From Candidatus Cloacimonadales bacterium (GTDB lineage Bacteria; Cloacimonadota; Cloacimonadia; Cloacimonadales; JAFGVF01): a DNA stretch of 64,000 nt. The position numbers and the translations under genes are program-made. The stretch spans positions 1,280,001-1,344,000 of the forward strand of contig OY782781.1 in the NCBI GenBank assembly GCA_963678315.1, given 5' to 3'. This document shows positions 31,987-41,282 of the stretch, in pieces. The notes beneath the pieces are model-generated. The model had not been told where the DNA came from. It made no database searches and saw nothing but the letters and a program-made list of their open reading frames with translations. Each line of letters begins with the position of its first letter. Position 1 is the stretch's first letter.

Positions 31987-34900
31987 CTATTTCTCTATTG
32001 CAAATTTAATTTGTTTATATTCACCTTGAGCTTTTATACGTGCAAAATATACGCCAGATGAAAGTTTCTCTATCGGCAGATAGAATTTAGTTTGGTTTCC
32101 TACATAAGGATCTAATTCCCTACTATCTTGATAAACCTTTTTACCCGAAATGGTGAACACTTCAAGCCCTACATTACATTTCTCAGAGACCATTACTTTG
32201 AGAGTTAAATCTCCCCCAATAGTAGTATTCCATGGACTAGGATATATATAAACTTCATCATCAATGAAAATATCCTCAGTCTCATAACTATTAGGTAAAG
32301 TGTCATTTAATTCAACAGCATTGCGTTGATAATTATTGTATTCAGTAAACCAAGCAGTTTGAAGCATATCAAAGTCTTCTTGATTGACGTTTGAGTTTAC
32401 TTGTAATCTATTAATTGTTCCACCGTCAACAGCAGTGAGTAAATATAACTTATCACCTTCTAGATGAAGAGATGGGTATGAATGAATAAAATCTGGATAG
32501 CTGATTGGAGCACCAGGATAATATGACCCATCATTATTCCATATTGAAGCTCTATTCATAGAAAATCCACCAATCAATTCTTTCTCTTCATCGAAATCAA
32601 TATCTAAAGCATAGGCTCCACCAAAAGTACTCAATGTATCTGTTTCCATAAACAAGAATCTATCATTGCTTACTTCTTCTCCGTTAAAAGCAAGTACTTT
32701 CAAACCTTGATTATAGCCTAGAACAATATCCCATGTTCCATTGCTATCAAAGTCTGTAATTGATGGTTTTGCTGATGACTCAACACCTGTTTCAAAATAT
32801 CCTATCTTACTAAAGTCTGTAGAAGTATATGAGTAGAAACCATATCTAGTTTGTACTACAAGTTCTAAGCCTTGGTAGTTTGGATTAAAGTCAAAGTAAA
32901 GTGAATTTTTAATTAGAGTATCAGCAGGGATTGCTAAATCAACAATATCACTTTCACCTGTTTCATAATCTATAAGTTCTAATTTATAACCATCGTTTTG
33001 GACAATAGCCATCAAATAGTCAGCACAAAGGAGGTTAGACTTTATTCTTCCTGAAAGTGGGAAACTTGTCATATAAGAACAAGAAGAATCATGGATTCTA
33101 ATTTTTCCACTAGAATCAGAAGCATCATAAATACCCATATAGTATCTCATTTCACTGTCCTCATCTATTTGATGCATGACTATTGGAGAAGTAAAATATT
33201 TATTATCTAATTCACTGATTTCTTCCAAACCATTTTCGTTAAATCTATACAAATAAGACCTTGAATTAAATGCTCGAACTTGGGTTGGAATTAAAAGGTT
33301 ATTATTGATTTTATCATAACTAGGTGGATACTTAATATCACCTATCATGTCATATAAAGTACCATCTTCTTCTTTCATCATTTTTATAGGCTGATATACC
33401 TTACTTGGGTCATCAAGATTTGAATAAACAGCAAGTTTATCTTCAACAGGGAAAATTATTTCATTAGAACCATCTTGGTTAATATCAAGAGACATGCTTG
33501 AATAATCAGATCTCTCTATATCTGCAACAGCCAGTTGCCATCTAAACTCAACAGAAAAACTCATAGTGTTTCCTGCTTCTGATATATCTTTAATCACAAA
33601 AGGAAAACCACCATAGTAACTTTCAGCACTAGGTAAAGATAATATACCATCTACATAGTCAAAGCCAAAATAGTTGTTGTTACCTTGCCTAAAGCTATCT
33701 TCTGGACTTCCGTATTTATAAATTGAGCTTACGCCAGTATCAAGATTTTGAATACCATCAGCTTCTTCTAAATCTATACCTTTATGGCTTGCATCTCCAT
33801 TAACATTACTAATATCTTCTTCTATATCAAAATTATCAGCTATTACTGTCTCATCAATATGCCATATAAGTAAGCCTGAACCATCTCTCGGATTATATCC
33901 CCCTCCGCTATAGCCAGGTAAAAAGAAATCCCATTCACAGCCTCTCAACCTATTTGTCATAAAGTTAAACTTAGGAACTTGCTCAGTTTGTCCTTCTGCT
34001 AAAGGATAGTATTCTTGTCCTTCTTGTAGCAGTTTAAAGGTGAAGTTGGCTACATTATTCAAAGAACTATTGTCAGGGTTTTGTGCCCTGTTCTCAATTA
34101 AGAAATATTCATTTTCACTAATTGACAATTTATATAATATTGGGTTAGTTGGTGTTGAATCAAGTATTTGATCTATTTCAATATTACTTGTAGTATTTAC
34201 TATTTCAACTGGATCTTCCCAACCAAGATAATATCTTGTCCAGGCTGAAGGTAAAGCAGGAGTATATCCAGAAGCATTCCAGGTTCCAGAACCCATAATC
34301 CCCCAATTACCTATTCCTTGAGAATATCCGTTACTATAGTCTTTATCGCTTAAGTTTGGAACTCCTAAAGCATAGAAGAATTCTGTACATATTACACCCA
34401 AATTTCCTAAAATATAGGCTGGATTATCATCTGGAAAATAATCTTGCCATTGACTTTCTGCACAAATTATGAAATCCGTAACATGAGTTCCATCTGCAGG
34501 AATCCCTAAATAATCATCATTTTCTGGATCTAATCCTTCCTGTAAATCATATCTATTTATGAAGGTAGACCAGATTTGCTCTTTTCTTTTTTCATCAATA
34601 TCAGATTCTTGACCTGGTCCTGCATGAAAAATAAAGAAATTATCATATTGAGTGAAGTCAGTATCTTCATCTATCTGATTTACAATTGTTTCCATCATTT
34701 CTGGCATTCTAATGTCAGTGTCATCATCAGAACCATAATATGACATAGGCTTATCTAAAGTTACTACTTGAGTATGAAAATCATAATCAAGTTCATATTG
34801 CTCATGTGATGCATCAAATAAGTAATCTTCAAGCTGTAACATATATCTTTCAAAATATGCCTGGTCATGTGCAAGTGAATCAGGATAATCTGCCACTAAA

Positions 34901-35109
34901 TCAAATTGTACATCGCTAAATTGAACCAAAACAACTAACGATTTTTCCGGTAATTCTCGACCACGTTTAATGTCTGTTGTAAAATATTTTTCAGACGGTC
35001 TTGACTTCCGATAAGTAACTGGAGTCAATTTATTCTGATAAGGCATAACCTCACCAAAAATAGATATCACCACTATTAGTAAAGTAGCAATAACACTTAA
35101 TTTTTTCAT
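31987..35109 (-). CDS. Immune inhibitor A (M6)-like secreted protein with degenerate zinc site, FG-GAP-like repeats and a C-terminal sorting domain
   Basis: VVLVQFSD, FIFHAGPGQE, WGIMGSGTWN, SAWTRYYLGW, EYFLIENR, SGLLIWHIDE, IDLEEADG. The HExxHxxGxxD motif reads TEFFYALGVPN. Confidence 0.8.
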   Translation of the reverse strand: MKKLSVIATLLIVVISIFGEVMPYQNKLTPVTYRKSRPSEKYFTTDIKRGRELPEKSLVVLVQFSDVQFDLVADYPDSLAHDQAYFERYMLQLEDYLFDASHEQYELDYDFHTQVVTLDKPMSYYGSDDDTDIRMPEMMETIVNQIDEDTDFTQYDNFFIFHAGPGQESDIDEKRKEQIWSTFINRYDLQEGLDPENDDYLGIPADGTHVTDFIICAESQWQDYFPDDNPAYILGNLGVICTEFFYALGVPNLSDKDYSNGYSQGIGNWGIMGSGTWNASGYTPALPSAWTRYYLGWEDPVEIVNTTSNIEIDQILDSTPTNPILYKLSISENEYFLIENRAQNPDNSSLNNVANFTFKLLQEGQEYYPLAEGQTEQVPKFNFMTNRLRGCEWDFFLPGYSGGGYNPRDGSGLLIWHIDETVIADNFDIEEDISNVNGDASHKGIDLEEADGIQNLDTGVSSIYKYGSPEDSFRQGNNNYFGFDYVDGILSLPSAESYYGGFPFVIKDISEAGNTMSFSVEFRWQLAVADIERSDYSSMSLDINQDGSNEIIFPVEDKLAVYSNLDDPSKVYQPIKMMKEEDGTLYDMIGDIKYPPSYDKINNNLLIPTQVRAFNSRSYLYRFNENGLEEISELDNKYFTSPIVMHQIDEDSEMRYYMGIYDASDSSGKIRIHDSSCSYMTSFPLSGRIKSNLLCADYLMAIVQNDGYKLELIDYETGESDIVDLAIPADTLIKNSLYFDFNPNYQGLELVVQTRYGFYSYTSTDFSKIGYFETGVESSAKPSITDFDSNGTWDIVLGYNQGLKVLAFNGEEVSNDRFLFMETDTLSTFGGAYALDIDFDEEKELIGGFSMNRASIWNNDGSYYPGAPISYPDFIHSYPSLHLEGDKLYLLTAVDGGTINRLQVNSNVNQEDFDMLQTAWFTEYNNYQRNAVELNDTLPNSYETEDIFIDDEVYIYPSPWNTTIGGDLTLKVMVSEKCNVGLEVFTISGKKVYQDSRELDPYVGNQTKFYLPIEKLSSGVYFARIKAQGEYKQIKFAIEK

Positions 35110-35394
35110 TCTAATCTCCCTAAAAGAATTTTTTCTGTAGTCCTGTTTTATTAGGTTTTGCCAGTTACCAATAGCTTATATTTTCTCCCTACCGACCAAG
35201 TCGGGTTTTTATAATTATTCTTTTTTACTATTTATGATTATACTTGCAAATAAGTCAATTAATTTTTGCATAAGTTGTATAGGGATTACTCCGAAATACA
35301 TTTTTTTATTTTAATTCTCAAACAAAGACTATGCCAGTCGCAGACTTATGATTACAAGCCAACTCTTCAATCCCACACGATTTTAAGGTCTATA

Positions 35395-35741
35395 TAACTC
35401 CATCCTTACTTGCCCCCTTGAAAAATTGACCTTTTTTCAATGAGGCACTTAAGTTAGGAGTGAGGAGTGAGGAGTTAGGACATACTGGGATCGCCAGCCT
35501 CAGCGCTGGCTTCACTTAGAACATAGTGATAAATGAATTTATTGAAACTTTTTGAAACGTTTCTCTTGCTTTGTCCTGTAAGGACATAACTCTTCTGAGC
35601 CCATGATTTCAATCGTGGGTGATTTGGTGATGAACTGATAAATGACAATGGATAATGAAGAGCAAAATTTTTAGTCCCCAAAGGACGTCATGTATTAGCA
35701 TGGGGCTTGTACCCCTCTGTAAGCTTCACTTAGTTCATGCA
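35395..35741. repeat. Intergenic mosaic C of REP-like hairpins
   Basis: Palindrome from 35404, heptamers 35456-35476, 61-bp module 35479-35539, AGCCCATGATTTCAATCGTGGGT 35598-35620, AGCATGGGG hairpin 35697-35720. Confidence 0.8.
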
Positions 35742-35743
35742 AT

Positions 35744-36568
35744 TTAGTGAGTTATAGAAGACAGATAGCCATCTTTTAAATTCTGAATATTAAGTTTATG
35801 CATCTCTTCTACCCAGAAGTTCTTATAGCTACTATTTGGGTAACATTCTGAGGCAGAAATATTATCAATCTGTTCAGGTGTCTTCTTCAAAAAATTGAAA
35901 TTATTGAGAAGTTGCTCCAAATAAACAAGGTCATCCTTAACCTTATCGATTGTAGTTTCATTACCATGTCCAGGGATGATTCTTTGAGGTTGTCTATCAA
36001 TTATTAACTTCAATGCTTGAATTTGCTTATTGATATCTCCCCAAAAGAAATAGGGGATAGCTATTTTATTATTATTGGAGTTAAGAACATTATCTCCAGT
36101 CCAGAGAATATTCTCTTTTTCATGGTGAATGATGATAGAATCGCTTGAATGACCATGAACCCAGGAGCATTTTAAAGCAAAATCATCAATTCTAATAGTA
36201 TCTTTAAATGTAATATTAGGTACACGAAGATGTCTTTTGTTAACTATTGATTCACGGTCGGGACGAATCATGTTCTTTTCTGAGGAAATAGTTTTCCAGT
36301 AGTTTTCATGAGTAATTATTGTTGGATTATATAAATCAAAAAAGCGATTTCCATAGCAATGATCAGAATGCCAGTGAGTGTTGATAATGTATTTAACAGG
36401 TTTGTCGAGAGATTTACAGAAATCGACTAGATATTTTGAATCATTAGGAAAGAGAAAAGTATCTATTACTAATAGACTAGTTTGATTCTCAATTATACTT
36501 GCATTAAGCAGTGCTCTTTCACTTTGTAAAATAGTAATATTCTCAGTGATTTTAAATTCTTTAATCAA
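35744..36568 (-). CDS. MBL-fold metallo-hydrolase (cyclase-like)
   Basis: LLVIDT, INTHWHSDHCYGN, HGHSSDS, WTGD, IIPGHG. Confidence 0.85.
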   Translation of the reverse strand: MIKEFKITENITILQSERALLNASIIENQTSLLVIDTFLFPNDSKYLVDFCKSLDKPVKYIINTHWHSDHCYGNRFFDLYNPTIITHENYWKTISSEKNMIRPDRESIVNKRHLRVPNITFKDTIRIDDFALKCSWVHGHSSDSIIIHHEKENILWTGDNVLNSNNNKIAIPYFFWGDINKQIQALKLIIDRQPQRIIPGHGNETTIDKVKDDLVYLEQLLNNFNFLKKTPEQIDNISASECYPNSSYKNFWVEEMHKLNIQNLKDGYLSSITH

Positions 36569-37172
36569 CTTTTAGACCTGAACCATTATGGATTAGATTA
36601 ATTATTCTGAAAACAGCTTTATTCAGTGAGAAACTATGTCCCTTTAGCACCCATTGAGTAAGAACAAAATCCATTGCCCCAATAACAGTCAGAGAAAAAG
36701 CATCAGCAGAAACATCTCTAAAATAACCACTTTTTACACCTTCTAAATATATTTCTTTCATGAATTCTCTGTAATTGTCAAAAATAGAATAACTAGGATA
36801 CTGTTCGTAAAATTCTTTAATCTGCTTAATTTCCATTACTAAAAACTTTGCAATATGAGGATTGTCAGTAAATATAGTAGCATGCATATCAAAGAAACGA
36901 ACGATTTTAGCTCTAGCATTATCTTCTTGGGCAACAATCTTCTTTATTTCTTCAAGCTTGTTCATCAAAACTTCATAAAGAGCTTTCATCATTAAATCAT
37001 CTTTATTCCTGAAGTAACTATAAATTGTACCATCAGCAACGCCTGCTCTTTGAGCAATGTCGGTCATCTTTGTTCTTCTAAATCCCTTTTCTGCAAGTAA
37101 AGAAATAGCAGATTCAACAATTCTTTCTCTTTTTATCTTTTTCTTTTCAGCAACAGTCTTTTTCTTAATCAT
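36561..37172 (-). CDS. TetR/AcrR regulator, FadR(YsiA)-like
   Basis: HTH IAQRAGVADGTIYSYFRNKDDL resembles Bacillus FadR/YsiA. Overlaps the MBL start. Confidence 0.85.
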   Translation of the reverse strand: MIKKKTVAEKKKIKRERIVESAISLLAEKGFRRTKMTDIAQRAGVADGTIYSYFRNKDDLMMKALYEVLMNKLEEIKKIVAQEDNARAKIVRFFDMHATIFTDNPHIAKFLVMEIKQIKEFYEQYPSYSIFDNYREFMKEIYLEGVKSGYFRDVSADAFSLTVIGAMDFVLTQWVLKGHSFSLNKAVFRIINLIHNGSGLKVD

Positions 37173-37256
37173 TCATTACCTCTGACTAGTATTTTTGCTT
37201 AACTATATTATATTTGATATTGAATACTTGTCAATAATGAAGTAAAAAAAGTGTAT

Positions 37257-37291
37257 AAAAAAAGGTTACCAGTTTTAACTAGTAACCTTTT
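37257..37291 (-). terminator. Rho-independent terminator
   Basis: AAAGGTTAC...GTAACCTTT stem flanked by A and T runs. Confidence 0.65.
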
Positions 37292-37314
37292 AAATATGTC
37301 TGTAACGAAATTAA

Positions 37315-40101
37315 TTATTTTGATAAAAGAACTTTTACTGGTGTATTATCGTTTAAATTTAGTGATTTCACGAAATAAACACCAGAAGCAACATTCTTGT
37401 TAAAATCATCTTTACCATTCCAATTAACCTGATGAACTCCTTCATTATATGGATATTCTACTATTGTCTTTATAAGTTGTCCTTTTACATTATAAATTTC
37501 AAAAGTAACACTCTTAGGTGACTTAACATAATAAGAAATTGTAACTGTAGGATTAAATGGGTTTGGATAAGTTGATTTAATCCCCTCAGATATAATTATT
37601 GGGGGAGTGTCATTGTTTGGAATCTCAAATTGCACAAAGACAGGTCCATAGTTAGTGTAAGAATTATCCAATTCAATGAACTTAATCCAGTAGAATAATT
37701 GACCTGTTGCGTTAATGATTTCCTCATCATTGAAAGTATAGGTGTGAGTATATGGTAAATTGTGAGCAGGGATAAATGTTTCAAGCATTGTAGCTGTATT
37801 TAGATCATTGCTGTTATTGCGATAAACTCTATAGCCTGAACCATTGCTTTCTGATTGGACTGTCCAGTTCAAAGCAACTGAAGATGTGGAGGTTGCCATG
37901 GCATTGAAAGAGGAAAGTTCAACTGGAAGTGTTTGATTTTCTAAGCCAATAGTTAAGTTACCTCTAGTTGCTTTCGCATTTTCTGGGAAAGTATAAACGT
38001 AAGTTGCACTTCTAATATTACCTGACAAATTACTTGATGTTGCTGTTGAAACTTTACTACCACCTTCAAATAGAACAGGAGTTTGACTTAATCCAACCCA
38101 ATCATGGTTTGCATCATCATCAGCATCCCAATAAAAAGTGATTGTCTTTTCTCTATTATCAGTGCTAGCATCATCTATATTTCCAGTTAAAGTCCATGAT
38201 CTGTTTATATAAGTTGGGTATAACGATGAAAGGCTAGTTGATGAAGAGTAGTTTTCAATATTAAAGTCAGTTTTTGGCCATACAAGATGCTTTACTGCTG
38301 GTGAATAAATACCATCAACTGTGACATTATTTGCGCCAGTATAGTTTCCTGATGTTACAGTAAGAGTTCCATTAATAGTCAAAGTGTCAGGTAATGTAAC
38401 TCCAGATGAATTATCTATAGTCAAATTATAAACTGAGCTTAAACCACTTGGGAGAGATTGACTAGTTGTACCATTAAAAGTGATAGTGGAATTAGTTTCT
38501 CCAATTAATGTAGCAGATTGTCCAATATTTAAAGTTCCTGTTATTTCTAGAGAACCATTTCCTGCAATAATCAAATCATCTCCAGATTCATTTTCAATGT
38601 TCAAAACACCTCCAGAGGCTACTGCTAGATTACCCTCTACAGTTGTAGAGCTTATAAAGGCAGACTTGCCATTAGCAAGGGTAATAGTATCTCCTGAAAG
38701 GACTTTAATTGAAACAGAATTAGTGTAATCTGGTTTAATTACTGAAGTTGTATATGTACCATTCTCAGTTGAAGAATTTTCCCAGTTAGATACAGTTGAA
38801 AAAGCTCCTGAGTTTTTTGATTTGAAATAAAATATTGAGGAAGGAGAACTTTGTAAAGTAGGGTAATCGGTTGTAAAATCCCAGACATTATTATCCCAAT
38901 TAGGGTAAGAAGTAGCATTTGATAACTGACTTGATGTTTGTGAAGTACCATAAGTATTATCATCATTTGTACCAGTGATTGCAGAAGTATCTAAGTAGTA
39001 GCTGTCTTCTAATGAACCTATTGCATTTGTTCCACCTAAGCCCGGAGGTAACTTTCCTTCAACTCTTCCTGTAATAGGGCCATATCCTCCTTGCCAAGAA
39101 GAAGAACCAATATTTTGAGTAACATTGCTTGTTGAATAAGTTCTAAAAATAGCTCCACCAATAGAACAACCAGCAACACCTCCGACTCTGTCTCCTCCTG
39201 ATACGTCACCAAGGGAAAAACTGTCTTGGGTTAGTCCATTCTCGTTACAACCTACTAAACCTCCATATTTAATATTATATGGATTATTATTATCACCAGA
39301 ATTTAATGATTGATTATTAGGATGAGTTGAAGAAACCGTTACATCAGCCCAACAATACCTAACAATTGGAACAACTTGTTTTCTTTGGCTATTATTTGCT
39401 CCTACTAAGCCTCCTGTAGCACCAAAACCTGCAACTGTACCACCATTAACATAACATTTGTCTACAATTACTAACTTGCCTTGTCTTTGATTCGGCAAAT
39501 CTACTTTGCCAATCAATGAACCCGTTGCTCGTTTACCCTTGATATTAACATTTGTTAAACCAAGATTATTTATATATATATCTGAGCTATTACTGGCATT
39601 CGAGGTAGTAGATCCATTAGTTACAAATCCAAAAAGTCCAACAAAGTTCTCACCATTTGCTGGGAAAGTTGTATTGTTTGAAGAGTCTGCTAATCTATTT
39701 ATGTATAAATTTGAGATAACATAACCTCCGCCATCAAAATTTCCATGAAAAGGACTTGTTTCATCTCCAATAGGATCCCATCCTTTACTAACCTCCCACA
39801 TTTTAGTCCATCCATTCTCGGTGTCAGGTGTGTTTGTATTTCCATCCTGTGAACAATAATATGCATAACCATCGGTATATTCAACAATATCGCCTGTGTT
39901 ATATGTTCCAACTGTATATGTGTTTATAGTATTAGGATTAGTGTCTTCAAGATTGATACCTGTAATTAGAGTATAGTCACCTCCTAGATTATCTCGTATA
40001 TCCCAAAGATCCTCTACTGTAGAGACATTTATTGCATTAAGTTGACTTGTAAACAGAAGAGTAGTAATAAAAATAATAACTCTATATAACCATTTTGCCA
40101 T
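37315..40101 (-). CDS. Large secreted protein: GLUG-like repeats, CBM5/12-like insert, beta-rich stalk, FlgD-Ig/T9SS-like C-terminal domain
   Basis: Signal peptide, GWDPIG..F.GNFDGGG, (V/Y)GGLVG repeats, TLPVELSSF, YPNPFNP...IYNVKGQLI...WNGKD...VASGVYF. ATG 40101 follows GGAGG. Confidence 0.75.
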   Translation of the reverse strand: MAKWLYRVIIFITTLLFTSQLNAINVSTVEDLWDIRDNLGGDYTLITGINLEDTNPNTINTYTVGTYNTGDIVEYTDGYAYYCSQDGNTNTPDTENGWTKMWEVSKGWDPIGDETSPFHGNFDGGGYVISNLYINRLADSSNNTTFPANGENFVGLFGFVTNGSTTSNASNSSDIYINNLGLTNVNIKGKRATGSLIGKVDLPNQRQGKLVIVDKCYVNGGTVAGFGATGGLVGANNSQRKQVVPIVRYCWADVTVSSTHPNNQSLNSGDNNNPYNIKYGGLVGCNENGLTQDSFSLGDVSGGDRVGGVAGCSIGGAIFRTYSTSNVTQNIGSSSWQGGYGPITGRVEGKLPPGLGGTNAIGSLEDSYYLDTSAITGTNDDNTYGTSQTSSQLSNATSYPNWDNNVWDFTTDYPTLQSSPSSIFYFKSKNSGAFSTVSNWENSSTENGTYTTSVIKPDYTNSVSIKVLSGDTITLANGKSAFISSTTVEGNLAVASGGVLNIENESGDDLIIAGNGSLEITGTLNIGQSATLIGETNSTITFNGTTSQSLPSGLSSVYNLTIDNSSGVTLPDTLTINGTLTVTSGNYTGANNVTVDGIYSPAVKHLVWPKTDFNIENYSSSTSLSSLYPTYINRSWTLTGNIDDASTDNREKTITFYWDADDDANHDWVGLSQTPVLFEGGSKVSTATSSNLSGNIRSATYVYTFPENAKATRGNLTIGLENQTLPVELSSFNAMATSTSSVALNWTVQSESNGSGYRVYRNNSNDLNTATMLETFIPAHNLPYTHTYTFNDEEIINATGQLFYWIKFIELDNSYTNYGPVFVQFEIPNNDTPPIIISEGIKSTYPNPFNPTVTISYYVKSPKSVTFEIYNVKGQLIKTIVEYPYNEGVHQVNWNGKDDFNKNVASGVYFVKSLNLNDNTPVKVLLSK

Positions 40102-40172
40102 CTTTTCCTCCAAAATTAATTTTATCTAAGTATAAATTATAACTTACTTAAATACTAGTCAATGTTTATTAT

Positions 40173-40204
40173 AAAAAAATAACCTCAGGAAATCCTGAGG
40201 CTAT
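40173..40204 (-). terminator. Rho-independent terminator of hsp20
   Basis: CCTCAGGA-aa-TCCTGAGG stem with an A-run on the plus strand. Confidence 0.7.
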
Positions 40205-40226
40205 GATTAGTAAGTTTTTCTCGAGA

Positions 40227-40631
40227 TTAGTCGATTGTAATCTGCTTTGCAGGCTCAATTTCTTTCTTCTTGATATCAAGAGTTAGAACGCCATTGTCAA
40301 GTTTAGCCTTGATGTCGCTGTTTAAACAGCTATTCGGTAAGGTTAATGTTCTTGAATAAGAACCACTGTAACGTTCTTCTCTATGAACAGTACCTTCATC
40401 TACCTTTTTTTCTTCAGTTTTTGAAGCAGAGATAGTAAGTTGGTTGTTCTTAACTGAAATTTTAACATCTTCTTTCTTGTACCCAGGAAGATCTGCCTTT
40501 ATAATGAATCCATTATCTTTCTCAATAATGTCAAGAGCCATTCTTCTTGAGTTATCACTCTCGAATCCATTCCACAATTCATCAAACAATGACCATGCAG
40601 GTGAGTAATTTCTTGTTCTTAATAAATTCAT
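40227..40631 (-). CDS. Small heat shock protein (Hsp20/alpha-crystallin)
   Basis: DLPGYKKEDVKI, ERYSGSYSRTLTLP, AKLDNGVLTL. ATG 40631 follows GGAGG. Confidence 0.92.
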   Translation of the reverse strand: MNLLRTRNYSPAWSLFDELWNGFESDNSRRMALDIIEKDNGFIIKADLPGYKKEDVKISVKNNQLTISASKTEEKKVDEGTVHREERYSGSYSRTLTLPNSCLNSDIKAKLDNGVLTLDIKKKEIEPAKQITID

Positions 40632-40696
40632 TTTTTCCTCCATAAGATTAATTTCACTTATATATTAAATGGAAAATTATATAAAGCAAATAAAAA

Positions 40697-40723
40697 TTAG
40701 CAGATTTTTTTAAAGACTGCTAG
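40697..40723. promoter_or_regulatory. CIRCE-like (HrcA) inverted repeat upstream of hsp20
   Basis: TTAGCAGAT-N9-GACTGCTAG versus consensus TTAGCACTC-N9-GAGTGCTAA; exact 9-nt spacer. Confidence 0.65.
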
Positions 40724-40811
40724 AAAGCTAAATTAATCCTTTTATGTAAGGGGTCTACACCTGCAACTAATTTAGCAAACAAAATTAATTTCAAAAAAGG
40801 TAAAATAATAC

Positions 40812-40850
40812 TTGACACTTAATGGTATTCAGGTATTGTTATACCAGAAT
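40812..40850 (+). promoter_or_regulatory. Sigma70 promoter of rrf2 with overlapping palindromic operator
   Basis: TTGACA 40812-40817, TATTGT 40834-40839. Palindrome ATTCAGGTAT-TGTT-ATACCAGAAT (40827-40850), 9/10 arm pairs. Confidence 0.7.
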
Positions 40851-40869
40851 TAATAAAAAGGAAATAAAA

Positions 40870-41268
40870 ATGAGTAAATTACTAAATCTTTCAGAAGGAA
40901 CTTACTTGGCTTTACATGGACTAGTCTTGATTGCTAATAAGCAACCAGAAAGAATAAGTATTAAGTATATTGCGGAACACTTAGACGCTTCTATGAATCA
41001 TTTAGCTAAGATTTTCCAGAAGCTTAGTAAAGCTGGTATAGTTAACTCTATAAGAGGTCCACAAGGTGGTTTTGAATTGAATAGAGACCCGAAATACATA
41101 TCCTTTTTAGAGATTATTGAGCTTTTTGAAGGAACAATAGAGGTAGAAGGTTGTCCTTTTGGAAAGAGCAAATGTCCATTTAGATCATGTATTGTTGATG
41201 GTAAAGTATTTGAGAGTACAAAAGAAATATATAATAGATTCAAAGAAATGACATTAGCAGACTTTTAA
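40870..41268 (+). CDS. Rrf2-family transcriptional regulator with three-Cys Fe-S motif
   Basis: HLAKIFQKLSKAGIVNSIRGPQGGF, ISFLEIIELFEG, CPFGKSKCPFRSC. Likely start ATG 40870 after AAGGA. Confidence 0.9.
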   Translation: MSKLLNLSEGTYLALHGLVLIANKQPERISIKYIAEHLDASMNHLAKIFQKLSKAGIVNSIRGPQGGFELNRDPKYISFLEIIELFEGTIEVEGCPFGKSKCPFRSCIVDGKVFESTKEIYNRFKEMTLADF

Positions 41269-41282
41269 ATTTTTTTAAGTAT

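Noticed and set aside
35475..35681. 68-aa ORF sharing YVLSEAS..AGDPSMS with the 17904 ORF
   Set aside because: The similarity is explained by the shared 61-bp DNA module; its differences cluster in the hairpin loop and the upstream parts are unrelated.
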